A stretch of DNA of 64,000 nucleotides from Escherichia coli (GCF_003991155.1 NZ_CP031293.1); one strand, 5' to 3'. Numbered from the stretch's first letter, positions 1-14,133 are shown. The notes: a model not told the origin generated them from the sequence alone. Numbers and translations are program-made.

Positions 1-436
1 GGGTTGGTGGCGAGGATCACTTCAGTGATTTTTTCCTCTGCCAGACGCTGTTCCAGGCGATCAAGGCCGATGTCATCCGGACCGATGCCGTCCAGCGGCG
101 ACAGGTGCCCCATCAACACAAAATAACGACCTGAAAACTGCCCCGTCTGCTCAATGGCGTAAATGTCCGCCGGACTCTCCACCACGCAGATTTGACCGTT
201 TTCCTGACGACGCGGATTCGAACAGATGTTACAGACTTCCTGTTCGGTGAAAGTGCGGCAATCGGCGCAGTGGCCGATTTCCGACATCGCCCGGGTGAGC
301 GCCTGCGCCAGACGCATCCCGCCGCTACGATCGCGCTGAAGCAGCGTGAACGCCATACGCTGCGCCGACTTCGGGCCAACGCCCGGCAGACAGCGCAGTG
401 CTTCCATAAGCTGTGTTAACAGCGGGCTGGTTTGCA

Positions 437-437
<1 letters not shown>
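1..437 (-). CDS. recR: Recombination protein RecR, partial; start codon at 435-437, 3' end runs off the window
   Basis: Reverse-strand translation from the ATG at 435-437 begins [30 protein letters not shown], the RecR N-terminus. Start overlaps the ybaB stop by 1 nt (ATGA). Confidence 0.9.
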
Positions 438-781
<344 letters not shown>

Positions 782-818
782 TCACGTTAAGGATGACGAA
801 CGTAAGCTGTGCTTACGA

Positions 819-2750
819 TCAAATGGGGCGGATACTTTCTTCATCCAGCTCCGCATCGAAGAACCGACGCAGGGTCTGAATATTATTATCCGCAATAATG
901 GACTCGCGCGCCTGCGCAAGTTTTTCTTCGTATATCGCCTGACGCCACTCCAGCGGCGTACGCACCGCGGGATTATCATCTTCAACGATAGTCAGTTCAA
1001 CCGTTGAACCTTTTAACGTGCTCAACGCTTCAGCCAGTTTTTGCTGTGCACCGCGGTTGTTCAAATGCCGCTGAGAGGAGCGCAAATGCAGACATACTGC
1101 GTTGTCGCTCTCCTCTTTCCAGGCATTTAAGGCCACCTGTTCGACCAGTTTTGGTAGCGAAAGTTGACTCACCTGTGCCGCCCACGCGTCGCGCTCAATG
1201 GCTTCTGCCGCCAGCTTCGCCGCCAGTTCCGGCGTTTTTTCATGTTCCAGCGCTTTTTTCAGCGCCTTCGGCGTGGCGACCACTTCTTTTTGCTGCATCA
1301 CTGGAGTGGTAGCCTTCCAGCGATACGCTTCTTTTTTGGCTGGCGCTTTTTCCAGCGCCGATGGCACCGGACGCGCCTGAACGCGATCGGTGACCGAAGC
1401 CAGTCTTTCCAGCGCAGCGTTATTCACCGGCCGCGCGCGGGTAGCGGCTGCCGGTTCACTCTTTTTTGCTTTGGTTGCTCCCTGCACGCGCTGCAACTGC
1501 TGGCGCGCCGCCAGCACCTGGCTGGTGGTTTCCGGGAGCGGTACAGTCGGTGCCTGCTGCGGCGCTGATTGCGGTTGCGGCGGCACCTGGGTTGGCGTCA
1601 TTACTGCCGTTGGCGCGACGGGCGCAAAGGACTGGCGTGGCACTTCTGGCTCAGGCAGAGGCATACGTGGATGGAACGCCAGCGCGCGCAGCAGCGTCAT
1701 CTCAACGCCCATGCGGCGGTCCGGCGCATACGGTAATTCTTTGCGACCAATCAACAGCGTCTGATAGTAAAGCTGAATATCCGTCGGCGGTATGGTGCGC
1801 GCCAGTTCACGCATCCGCAGCTCAATGGCGGCCATGTCGTTGCCAAGTGCAGCAGGCGAAAGTTGTACCATCGCAATACGATGCAACAGGCCGAGCATTT
1901 CCACCAGCAACGCTTCCCACTCGATACCACGGGCAGCGGCTTCATTAATCAGCGCCATTACGCGCTCGCCGTTGGCCTCGACCATCGCTTCAACCAGCGA
2001 CAGCGCCTGATCGTCGTCAAGCGTACCCAGCATCGCACTGACTGCCTGGGTTGAAACCTGGCCGTCACCGCTGGCAATCGCCTGGTCGGTCAGACTTAAG
2101 GCATCTCGCAGGCTGCCTTCAGCGGCGCGCGCCAGCAATTGCAACGCCCGCGGCTCGTGAGCGATATGTTCTTCGTTGAGGATGTGCTCAAGTTGATGGC
2201 GAATTTGCTCGACATCCAGCGCCTTGAGATGAAATTGCAAACAGCGCGACAAAATCGTCACCGGCAATTTCTGTGGATCGGTCGTCGCCAGCAGAAACTT
2301 AACGTGCTCCGGCGGCTCTTCAAGGGTTTTTAACAGTGCGTTAAAGCTGTGGCGCGACAGCATATGCACTTCGTCGATCAGATAAACTTTGAAACGACCA
2401 CGCGCCGGAGCGTACTGGACGTTATCCAGCAGGTCGCGGGTATCTTCAACTTTGGTGCGCGAGGCGGCGTCGATTTCAATCAGATCGACAAAGCGCCCCT
2501 GCTCGATTTCACGACAGTTATCGCACACGCCGCACGGCGTCGCGGTAATGCCGGTTTCGCAGTTTAGCCCCTTCGCCAGCAGTCGGGCGATAGAGGTTTT
2601 TCCGACGCCACGGGTACCGGAAAAAAGATAAGCATGATGAATACGCCCTAACGACAAGCCGTTCGCCAGTGCGGTCAGCACATGTTCCTGGCCGACGACG
2701 TCAGCAAAGGTTTGTGGGCGCCATTTTCGGGCTAAGACCTGATAACTCAT
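819..2750 (-). CDS. dnaX: DNA polymerase III subunits tau/gamma
   Basis: 643-aa ORF with Walker A GTRGVGKTS and the tau C-terminal region. Contains the known internal frameshift site. Confidence 0.97.
   Translation of the reverse strand: MSYQVLARKWRPQTFADVVGQEHVLTALANGLSLGRIHHAYLFSGTRGVGKTSIARLLAKGLNCETGITATPCGVCDNCREIEQGRFVDLIEIDAASRTKVEDTRDLLDNVQYAPARGRFKVYLIDEVHMLSRHSFNALLKTLEEPPEHVKFLLATTDPQKLPVTILSRCLQFHLKALDVEQIRHQLEHILNEEHIAHEPRALQLLARAAEGSLRDALSLTDQAIASGDGQVSTQAVSAMLGTLDDDQALSLVEAMVEANGERVMALINEAAARGIEWEALLVEMLGLLHRIAMVQLSPAALGNDMAAIELRMRELARTIPPTDIQLYYQTLLIGRKELPYAPDRRMGVEMTLLRALAFHPRMPLPEPEVPRQSFAPVAPTAVMTPTQVPPQPQSAPQQAPTVPLPETTSQVLAARQQLQRVQGATKAKKSEPAAATRARPVNNAALERLASVTDRVQARPVPSALEKAPAKKEAYRWKATTPVMQQKEVVATPKALKKALEHEKTPELAAKLAAEAIERDAWAAQVSQLSLPKLVEQVALNAWKEESDNAVCLHLRSSQRHLNNRGAQQKLAEALSTLKGSTVELTIVEDDNPAVRTPLEWRQAIYEEKLAQARESIIADNNIQTLRRFFDAELDEESIRPI
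1427..1467 (-). promoter_or_regulatory. dnaX: dnaX programmed -1 ribosomal frameshift cassette: slippery heptamer A-AAA-AAG (1461-1467) plus downstream GC-rich stem-loop (1427-1454); gamma stop UGA at 1456-1458 in the -1 frame
   Basis: Plus strand shows CTTTTTT at 1461-1467 (minus strand A AAA AAG encoding the AKK of ...GATKAKKSEP...). It is followed on the minus strand by the palindrome CCGGCAGCCGCUACCCGCGCGCGGCCGG. The -1 frame reads AAA AAA GAG UGA. Confidence 0.9.
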
Positions 2751-2878
2751 TGGCAGGCTCTGAAACGCTGGAAGGTGGATTCACGAAGGGGTAATGCTAA
2801 CACAGCCCCGTCAGAACGGCGAGGCTGAATGCACATCTTGTGCTGTCCGTAGCGTGGGCAGCACAAGACTGGCGATAA

Positions 2879-3430
2879 TTAATGGCCCGGGAACGGGACA
2901 AGGCTGTAGCTGGTAATGCCCTGTTTTTCGAGACGCTGTTCGCCGCCGAGATCGAACAGGTTGATAATGAACGCAGCGTCAGCCACTTCACCACCCAGAC
3001 GACGGATCAGTTTAACGGTCGCTTCGATAGTGCCGCCGGTTGCCAGCAGATCGTCCACCACCAGAACTTTGTCGCCCGGTTTGATGGCATCAACGTGGAT
3101 CTCCAGCTGATCGGTGCCGTATTCCAGGTCGTAAGTTTCACTGATGGTTTCACGCGGCAGTTTGCCCGGTTTACGGACCGGTACAAAGCCAACGCCCAGA
3201 CCCAGAGCTACCGGAGCGCCAAACAAGAAGCCACGCGCTTCGGTGCCGACAACTTTGGTAATGCCCGCATTTTTGTAACGCTCAACCAGCAAGTCGATGC
3301 TGAGAGCGTAAGCTTTCGGGTCTTCCAGTAAGCTGGTGACATCGCGGAAAAGAATGCCGGGTTTTGGGTAGTCCTGAATGCTTTTGATGCTATTTTTGAG
3401 ATACTCAAGCTGCTGTGCAGTCGCGGTCAT
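2879..3430 (-). CDS. apt: Adenine phosphoribosyltransferase
   Basis: ORF 2879..3484; canonical start [16 protein letters not shown] at 3428-3430; PRPP-binding motif [13 protein letters not shown]. Confidence 0.95.
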
Positions 3431-3582
3431 AAGTGTATGCCTGCTTGTTACGGTGGTACTCACGGCGCGTTTTAAACGTATCAAAAGTAACAGTTGTTTA
3501 ACCTTTGACCGCCTGCGCCTGTGCTCGAAAACGCCAGAATGTACTGGCTGTACGCAATAATTGCAACTGCGAATGTTGTGCT

Positions 3583-3960
3583 TCAGTGCTTTTCTTGCTT
3601 TTCATCAATCACCGGAATTCGCCACATATAGAAAAGCAAACAGGCGAGAATTACCAGCAACATGATGCGCACCCATGGCATCTGGACGAACCACAGAGAA
3701 ATGGCAAACGTGAGCAAAATAAGCAAAATCGCCCGCGGTTTGACGCCGCGCGGCATCGCATGATGTTTCTGCCAGAAACGTAGATAGCTGCCAAACCATG
3801 AGCGGTACAGCAACCAGGCGTGAAAGCGCGGGGAAGAACGGGCAAAGCACCAGGCCGCCAGCAGGATAAACGGCGTCGTCGGTAATACCGGTAATACCAC
3901 GCCCAGCGTACCCAGCACTACCGCCAGCCAGCCAATGATGATTAAAATGATTCGTTGCAT
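3583..3960 (-). CDS. ybaN: Inner membrane protein YbaN (DUF454)
   Basis: 125-aa hydrophobic [40 protein letters not shown]; position between apt and priC. Confidence 0.85.
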
Positions 3961-4029
3961 ATTGAGTGTTGTCAGCTTACAGAGTGGCTACTTTAGCATA
4001 ACAATTATCATTTTCATTGAGGTCTTATC

Positions 4030-4557
4030 GTGAAAACCGCCCTGCTGCTGGAAAAACTGGAAGGACAGCTCGCTACGCTGCGTCAGCGTTGTGCCCCGGT
4101 AGCGCAATTTGCCACGCTAAGTGCCCGTTTTGACAGACACCTTTTTCAAACCCGTGCGACAACACTGCAGGCTTGTCTCGATGAGGCGGGCGATAATCTG
4201 GCTGCGCTTCGTCATGCAGTTGAGCAGCAACAGCTGCCGCAAGTGGCCTGGCTGGCGGAACATCTGGCGGCACAACTGGAAGCCATCGCGCGTGAAGCCT
4301 CCGCCTGGTCATTGCGCGAGTGGGACAGTGCGCCACCGAAAATTGCCCGCTGGCAGCGTAAACGTATTCAGCATCAGGATTTTGAGCGGCGGCTACGTGA
4401 GATGGTTGCCGAACGCAGAGCCCGCCTGGCGCGGGTGACCGATCTCGTGGAACAGCAAACGCTGCATCGTGAAGTGGAAGCCTATGAAGCGCGCCTGGCA
4501 CGCTGCCGCCATGCGCTGGAAAAAATCGAAAACAGGCTAGCGCGCTTAACCCGCTAG
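4030..4557 (+). CDS. priC: Primosomal replication protein N'' (PriC), GTG start
   Basis: 175-aa [30 protein letters not shown]...; starts at GTG 4030. Confidence 0.9.
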   Translation: MKTALLLEKLEGQLATLRQRCAPVAQFATLSARFDRHLFQTRATTLQACLDEAGDNLAALRHAVEQQQLPQVAWLAEHLAAQLEAIAREASAWSLREWDSAPPKIARWQRKRIQHQDFERRLREMVAERRARLARVTDLVEQQTLHREVEAYEARLARCRHALEKIENRLARLTR

Positions 4558-4570
4558 CAATGGAGAGAGT

Positions 4571-4732
4571 ATGTCACTGGAAAATGCCCCTGACGATGTC
4601 AAACTGGCTGTCGATTTGATTGTGCTGCTGGAAGAAAATCAGATCCCAGCCCGCACCGTGCTGCGCGCGCTGGATATTGTAAAACGCGATTATGAAAAGA
4701 AATTAACGCGCGATGATGAGGCGGAAAAGTGA
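4571..4732 (+). CDS. ybaM: Small protein YbaM (DUF2496), 53 aa
   Basis: ATG at 4571 to TGA at 4730-4732, immediately downstream of priC. Below the 60-aa cutoff of the ORF track; called from position and reading the frame by eye. Confidence 0.7.
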   Translation: MSLENAPDDVKLAVDLIVLLEENQIPARTVLRALDIVKRDYEKKLTRDDEAEK

Positions 4733-4785
4733 GAAATAAATGGGGCCGCTAAATGTCCCCTAAGATTGTGGGCAAACGCAAAACT

Positions 4786-4884
4786 GCCTGATGCGCTACG
4801 CTTATCAGGCCTACACCGCTCCTGCAATACATTGAATTCTTGCGGTTTCGTAGGCCGGATAAGGCGGTCACGCCGCATCCGGCA
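4786..4884. repeat. REP (repetitive extragenic palindromic) cluster, two units
   Basis: GCCTGATGCGCTACGCTTATCAGGCCTAC (4786-4814) and GTAGGCCGGATAAGGCGGTCACGCCGCATCCGGCA (4850-4884) in the ybaM-mscK convergent intergenic region. Confidence 0.85.
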
Positions 4885-4943
4885 TGAACAACGCGCACTT
4901 TGTCAGTAATCTCGGGGCAACTAAATGTCGCCCCCTTTGGTTA

Positions 4944-7900
4944 TTACCCTACCGCTGGCGTCGGGTCATCGCCTTTGTAGTCGCGTTTGACTTCCGTCAC
5001 CTCATCGCCCTTCTCGTTGTGCAGATGCACTTCAAGCTGGTTAAAGGCAATGTTGATGTCGTTTTCACGGCACAGCTGATCGATAGTACGGTTCAGCTCA
5101 TCGACAGTACGACTACGGTCACGCAGTTCACGCACATACAGACGCAGCTCATGATCCAACGTGCTGGCACCAAATGCCGTAAAGAAGACTTCCGGCATTG
5201 GTTCGTGCATCACCCTTGGGTGCTCAGTCGCCGCCTTCAGTAACACTTTACGCACTTTTTCCAGATCGGAGCCATAGGCCACGCCGAGACGGATCACCAG
5301 ACGCGTAGTAGTGTCAGTCAACGACCAGTTGATCAGACGCTCGGTAACAAACGCTTTGTTCGGGATGATCACTTCTTTGCGATCGAAATCGGTAATCGTT
5401 GTCGCACGAATACGGATCTTACTTACCGTCCCCGAGAAGCTACCAATGGTTACCGTATCACCAATACGCACCGGACGTTCGAACAGGATGATCAAACCAG
5501 AGACAAAGTTACCGAAGATCTCCTGTAAGCCAAAACCAAGACCTACGGATAATGCTGCCGCCAGCCACTGGAGTTTATCCCACGAGACGCCCAGCGATCC
5601 GAACACCGTCATCGCACCAACGGCAATAATGATGTAGTTAAGGATGGTAGTAATGGCATACGACGCGCCCTGACGCATATTCAGTCGCGAGAGCACCAGC
5701 ACTTCCAGTAAACCAGGCAGGTTGCGAATCAACGCCCAGGCCACCATTGAGGCGATAATCGCAAACAACAGACTGCCCATGGTGACGTTTTTCACCACCG
5801 CAGCGCCAGCTTCAGTGCCGTTGTAATGCCAGAGCGTGATGCTGTCGAGATAGCTGAACACGGTGATCAAATCGGACCAAATTGCCCAGAACATGACACC
5901 GAACAGCGCAAACATCAGCAACATGGTAATACGCAGCGTCTGCTGGTTAACCTGTTCCAGTGCAATGGTGGGTTCTTCCGGCGGTTCGGCACCTTCTGCG
6001 CCCTCTTTCACCAGATTCTGCCGACGCGCCAGCGCACGACGCCAGGCGATACGCCGCGCCGCTACGCTTAAGCCGCGCAATACCGTCTGGTACAGCAGGT
6101 TCCAGATGATCACCAAATAAACGGTTTCAATCCAACGCCCGGAGAGGCGCAGCGTGGTGTAGAAATAACCCGTGGCGGTCAGCACCATCAACGCAATCGG
6201 GATAATCGACAGTACGGTAATGGTGACCAGTCGCATGGTGTGCGACTCTTTATCACGCCAGCTTTCGCGGCACATCGGCCACACCAGGAAGGCAATCAGC
6301 AGCAAGTTGAAGAAAATCATCGCCTGCCCCAGCACATCATCCATCAGATGCAGCGGGGAAAGTTCTGCCACCACAGACCAGAAATGGATAGGCAGCAACG
6401 CGAGACTGATGCGGACAATTTGCCGACGCCAGTGGCTGGTCTGCTGTTCCGGCATGCCGAAGTGACGCACGGCAACGCCGTTTTTCTCCAGTACCTTCCA
6501 GCACAGGCCAAACACCAGCCAGAAAATCGCCAGTTTTTTGCTGAACGACCATAGCAGTTCGCTGATGTTGAGCTGCATGGTCAACAGAATCAGGCCAACC
6601 GCGAGAATAATCAGGCACACCGGCAGCGCACGGATCAGGTCGATAAGGATCGCTTTTGGTGTGTTGAGCTGGCTGTCGTTACGCAGGGAACCCACAGCGG
6701 AAGCCAGTTTTTGTTGATACGCTTTCAGCCAGCCCAGACGCCAGTGGATCAGCCCGGCAATCAACAGCAGCGGCAAACCAGCGAGGAAAGCGATAAAAAC
6801 GGCAGGCCAGGCTTTTTCCCAGTTCACCGTGATTTTCATCGACTTAAATTCATCTCTCAGGCTTTGCGGGAACGCTTTGATCCAGTCCCAGTCCATTGGA
6901 CGGTTACTGTTCACCCAAAAGATTTGCTGAGTCAGGATGGATTTCAGGTTTTTCGACACACTCATTAACTGCTGCTGGTTGATTTGCAGGTTAATGGCCA
7001 TCATCAATTGGTTACCCAACTGTTTGTTAAGCTGATCCAGCAATTCGCGACGCATATCAACTACTTGCAATAACGCATCGTGAACTTCGCTGTTAACTTC
7101 GTTGGCATGACCTTCCTCCAGCTTGTTAACGAATGCATCGCTCTGGAAGAGTGCGTCACGCTGCTGGTTGACTTCAAACTGTTCGAGACGCAAATCCGCG
7201 ATACGGTTGGTCATGTTTTCCAGTTCATCCGCCGAGGGCAGCGTTTGTTGTTGCTGGTAAAGGATACGAGACAACAGCAGGCTGCCTTTCAGGACAGAAA
7301 TCTGCTCTTTGATATTACGTTCCGATTGCAGCGCCCGCTCAAGCCAGTTTTTAACTTTGATGTTTTGCTGCATCAGCTGATTACCGTTTTCGGTAGCGGT
7401 AATCAAACGCTGACTCAACTGCTGGTTTATTTCCAGCTCCTGCTTCACCAGCGGATTAGCCTGAATACGCGCGGCTTCATCCGGGGAGACGGCTTCCTGC
7501 GCCGTTTTTTCGGTTAAAGTCAGACGCTTGCTGTTTACTGCTTCTTGCAACAGCTGCAACTGGTGCTCCAGACGGGCGCTGTTCGCCGTCACGTAATCCC
7601 GTTGCTTTTGCAAGGTATCCTGCAAGACGGTGTTCCCTTCCAGGCTTTTACGCTGCTGGTCAATCTCGGCATTCAGCAAAGCCTGCTGAGCCTGCATTAA
7701 CACTTTCTGGCTGGGACGTAAGGCAGTCTCGCCGACATCAGTCCCGTCCAGACGACTGCGAATTTGTTGCAGCTGCTGCGAAGCGTTATACATCGCATTT
7801 TGCACACGTTCGGGCTGCGTCTGTAACGAAACCAGCTGGCTGTTATAAGACGCCAGATCGTTTTGTGCGTTTTGCAAATCGTCCAGCGCCTGGGCAACGC

Positions 7901-8306
7901 GAGTTTCCAGCTGGCGCAACGAAAGCGTGCTCAGAATTTTGCGCGTTTCTTCGTCGTTATCGACATCGCTAAGTGCTGTTAACGCCGCGGTCGCCTGGCG
8001 CATTTTTTCCGGCGCTTCAGCGACTTTTTGCCGTAGCTGAACTGTCTCTTCTTTTACGCGATCGATTTTATCGAGGGTGGCTAATGTATCTGTCAGATCC
8101 TGCTGCACCAGTTTGTCCTGAGCAGAAAGATCTTTTTGTTTATTCAGTGAGTCAAGTTGTGCCTGCAGGTCCGCTTTTGTCGGCAGATCACCATTCGATG
8201 ACGCCCGCGCAAACGCCGTGTTCTGGCATAACAAGACAAAAACAAAAGCAATAAATGCTGAAAAAACAAAATGCCGTGATCGTTTGTAATACTGGAACAT
8301 AGTCAT
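4944..8306 (-). CDS. mscK: Potassium-dependent mechanosensitive channel MscK (KefA)
   Basis: 1120-aa ORF with N-terminal signal peptide, long coiled-coil periplasmic region, multiple TM helices and a C-terminal MscS-like domain. Confidence 0.95.
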   Translation of the reverse strand: MTMFQYYKRSRHFVFSAFIAFVFVLLCQNTAFARASSNGDLPTKADLQAQLDSLNKQKDLSAQDKLVQQDLTDTLATLDKIDRVKEETVQLRQKVAEAPEKMRQATAALTALSDVDNDEETRKILSTLSLRQLETRVAQALDDLQNAQNDLASYNSQLVSLQTQPERVQNAMYNASQQLQQIRSRLDGTDVGETALRPSQKVLMQAQQALLNAEIDQQRKSLEGNTVLQDTLQKQRDYVTANSARLEHQLQLLQEAVNSKRLTLTEKTAQEAVSPDEAARIQANPLVKQELEINQQLSQRLITATENGNQLMQQNIKVKNWLERALQSERNIKEQISVLKGSLLLSRILYQQQQTLPSADELENMTNRIADLRLEQFEVNQQRDALFQSDAFVNKLEEGHANEVNSEVHDALLQVVDMRRELLDQLNKQLGNQLMMAINLQINQQQLMSVSKNLKSILTQQIFWVNSNRPMDWDWIKAFPQSLRDEFKSMKITVNWEKAWPAVFIAFLAGLPLLLIAGLIHWRLGWLKAYQQKLASAVGSLRNDSQLNTPKAILIDLIRALPVCLIILAVGLILLTMQLNISELLWSFSKKLAIFWLVFGLCWKVLEKNGVAVRHFGMPEQQTSHWRRQIVRISLALLPIHFWSVVAELSPLHLMDDVLGQAMIFFNLLLIAFLVWPMCRESWRDKESHTMRLVTITVLSIIPIALMVLTATGYFYTTLRLSGRWIETVYLVIIWNLLYQTVLRGLSVAARRIAWRRALARRQNLVKEGAEGAEPPEEPTIALEQVNQQTLRITMLLMFALFGVMFWAIWSDLITVFSYLDSITLWHYNGTEAGAAVVKNVTMGSLLFAIIASMVAWALIRNLPGLLEVLVLSRLNMRQGASYAITTILNYIIIAVGAMTVFGSLGVSWDKLQWLAAALSVGLGFGLQEIFGNFVSGLIILFERPVRIGDTVTIGSFSGTVSKIRIRATTITDFDRKEVIIPNKAFVTERLINWSLTDTTTRLVIRLGVAYGSDLEKVRKVLLKAATEHPRVMHEPMPEVFFTAFGASTLDHELRLYVRELRDRSRTVDELNRTIDQLCRENDINIAFNQLEVHLHNEKGDEVTEVKRDYKGDDPTPAVG

Positions 8307-8433
8307 GATGAATGAAGGTTTCTGAACCTGAAGAACGACCTGAAAAAGTCAAACCGCAAGAATATCACGACGCAGTGAACCAGAATAGCAACGACGAAAA
8401 TGTCCAGGAAAAATCCTGGAGTTAGATTCAGGG

Positions 8434-9081
8434 TTATTCGTTAGTGGCAGGATTACGAAGCGTGGGGCACAGGAGATACATCTCCAGTAAGATGGCGACG
8501 TAATCGCGGGCTTCTTTTTTAAGATCAAAAGATTGCGGGGCAAAGAGCCAGTTTTCCATCAGGCCGGAAATATAGCCGCGCATAATAATTGCTGCGCGAC
8601 GCGTCATTAAATCCGCAGGCAACATTTTCGCTTCAATACAATGTTTTAACGTTTGTTCTATACGGTCATAACTTTCCAGACAGAGATTACGTTGTGCCTG
8701 TTGCACAACAGCCATTTCTCCGACAAATTCGCATTTGTGGAATATAATCTCCATCAATAATCGACGCCGTTCTTCTGTCACCGTGGATTCAAGAACATGA
8801 ATTAATATCTCTCTTAATACTGAGAGTGGATCGCCAGGGAATTTTGCCTGATACTCAAGCTCTAGTTCACCAATATTGGATTCTGACAGTTCCCAGATCT
8901 CACTGAACAAATCCGACTTGTCTTTAAAATGCCAGTAGATTGCACCGCGCGTAACGCCAGCTGCTTTTGCAATCTCACCCAGCGAGGTGGATGATACCCC
9001 CTGCTGTGAGAAAAGACGTAGAGCCACATCGAGGATGTGTTGGCGCGTTTCTTGCGCTTCTTGTTTGGTTTTTCGTGCCAT
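8434..9081 (-). CDS. acrR: TetR-family repressor AcrR
   Basis: 215-aa [62 protein letters not shown] (TetR HTH); divergent from acrA. Confidence 0.95.
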
Positions 9082-9109
9082 ATGTTCGTGAATTTACAGG
9101 CGTTAGATT

Positions 9110-9133
9110 TACATACATTTGTGAATGTATGTA
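9110..9133. promoter_or_regulatory. AcrR operator, 24-bp palindrome in the acrR-acrA divergent promoter region
   Basis: Sequence TACATACATTTGTGAATGTATGTA read directly; perfect 10-bp arms around TGTG. The known AcrR binding site lies at this position. Confidence 0.85.
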
Positions 9134-9222
9134 CCATAGCACGACGATAATATAAACGCAGCAATGGGTTTATTAACTTTTGACCATTGACCAATTTGAA
9201 ATCGGACACTCGAGGTTTACAT

Positions 9223-10416
9223 ATGAACAAAAACAGAGGGTTTACGCCTCTGGCGGTCGTTCTGATGCTCTCAGGCAGCTTAGCCCTAACAGGATGTGAC
9301 GACAAACAGGCCCAACAAGGTGGCCAGCAGATGCCCGCCGTTGGCGTAGTAACAGTCAAAACTGAACCTCTGCAGATCACAACCGAGCTTCCGGGTCGCA
9401 CCAGTGCCTACCGGATCGCAGAAGTTCGTCCTCAAGTTAGCGGGATTATCCTGAAGCGTAATTTCAAAGAAGGTAGCGACATCGAAGCAGGTGTCTCTCT
9501 CTATCAGATTGATCCTGCGACCTATCAGGCGGCATACGACAGTGCGAAAGGTGATCTGGCGAAAGCCCAGGCTGCAGCCAATATCGCGCAATTGACGGTG
9601 AATCGTTATCAGAAATTGCTCGGTACTCAGTACATCAGTAAGCAAGAGTACGATCAGGCTCTGGCTGATGCGCAACAGGCGAATGCTGCGGTCACTGCGG
9701 CGAAAGCTGCCGTTGAAACTGCGCGGATCAATCTGGCTTACACCAAAGTCACCTCTCCGATTAGCGGTCGCATTGGTAAGTCGAACGTGACAGAAGGCGC
9801 ATTGGTACAGAACGGTCAGGCGACTGCGCTGGCAACCGTGCAGCAACTTGATCCGATCTACGTTGATGTGACCCAGTCCAGCAACGACTTCCTGCGCCTG
9901 AAACAGGAACTGGCAAATGGCACGCTGAAACAAGAGAACGGCAAAGCCAAAGTGTCGCTGATCACCAGTGACGGCATTAAGTTCCCGCAGGACGGTACGC
10001 TGGAATTCTCTGACGTTACCGTTGATCAGACCACCGGGTCTATCACCCTACGCGCTATCTTCCCGAACCCGGATCACACTCTGCTGCCGGGTATGTTCGT
10101 ACGTGCACGTCTGGAAGAAGGGCTTAATCCAAACGCTATTTTAGTCCCGCAACAGGGCGTAACCCGTACGCCGCGTGGCGATGCCACCGTACTGGTGGTT
10201 GGCGCGGATGACAAAGTGGAAACCCGTCCGATCGTTGCAAGCCAGGCTATCGGCGATAAGTGGCTGGTGACAGAAGGTCTGAAAGCAGGCGATCGCGTAG
10301 TAATAAGTGGGCTGCAGAAAGTGCGTCCTGGTGTCCAGGTAAAAGCACAAGAAGTTACCGCTGATAATAACCAGCAAGCCGCAAGCGGTGCTCAGCCTGA
10401 ACAGTCCAAGTCTTAA
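9223..10416 (+). CDS. acrA: Multidrug efflux periplasmic adaptor AcrA
   Basis: ORF 9187..10416; canonical start MNKNRGFTPLAVVLMLSGSLALTGC (lipobox) at ATG 9223. Confidence 0.95.
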   Translation: MNKNRGFTPLAVVLMLSGSLALTGCDDKQAQQGGQQMPAVGVVTVKTEPLQITTELPGRTSAYRIAEVRPQVSGIILKRNFKEGSDIEAGVSLYQIDPATYQAAYDSAKGDLAKAQAAANIAQLTVNRYQKLLGTQYISKQEYDQALADAQQANAAVTAAKAAVETARINLAYTKVTSPISGRIGKSNVTEGALVQNGQATALATVQQLDPIYVDVTQSSNDFLRLKQELANGTLKQENGKAKVSLITSDGIKFPQDGTLEFSDVTVDQTTGSITLRAIFPNPDHTLLPGMFVRARLEEGLNPNAILVPQQGVTRTPRGDATVLVVGADDKVETRPIVASQAIGDKWLVTEGLKAGDRVVISGLQKVRPGVQVKAQEVTADNNQQAASGAQPEQSKS

Positions 10417-10435
10417 CTTAAACAGGAGCCGTTAA

Positions 10436-13588
<3,153 letters not shown>

Positions 13589-13605
13589 TACAACGTGTAA
13601 TCACT

Positions 13606-13630
13606 AAGGCCGCGCAAGCGGCCTTTTTTA
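13606..13630 (+). terminator. Intrinsic terminator downstream of acrB
   Basis: AAGGCCGCGCAAGCGGCC followed by TTTTTTA; GC stem with GCAA loop and T-tract 18 nt after the acrB stop. Confidence 0.8.
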
Positions 13631-14133
13631 TGCATAACCTACGAACATTAAGGAGTCATTGAACCACCAACTCAGGATCTCATACGAAAACCAGTATTAA
13701 ACACGTATAAAATTCATAAAAAATACTGATTGTTAGTTAATTTATATTAAGTAGCGCTAATAGATTTAATAATCCATAATCATTTAGAGGCTATTCTTAA
13801 TTATTTGCGGTAATTCTTTATTCATTCCTCGGTTATTACGTCATATTCAGAGCAATCCTGGTATTAGTGTTACCAATTTCATCTGGCGATAATCCTGAAA
13901 TGTTATGAACAGTTCGAGCAAACTGCTTTTACCTGCTGCGGGTTAGTGCTAGTATGAAAAAGTAAGTCCTGTCCCGCTTCCTTCCTAATTGTAATTTTTC
14001 GTAATAATGCGATGAAAACCTGCAAAGAGTGGCTTATAGTTAAGCTAACAAACGAGAGGGCAAGTCCAGGTCAGTAAGTTTTTTCCATCCCGAAAGGTGT
14101 CCGTTAGTTCAACCGCTAAGAAGGGGACGCGTT

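Noticed and set aside
13631-14133. AT-rich acrB-tomB intergenic region as possible foreign DNA or mobile element remnant
   Set aside because: No ORFs, repeats or mobility genes; both flanks are core genes in expected order, so it is more likely the native tomB-hha regulatory region.
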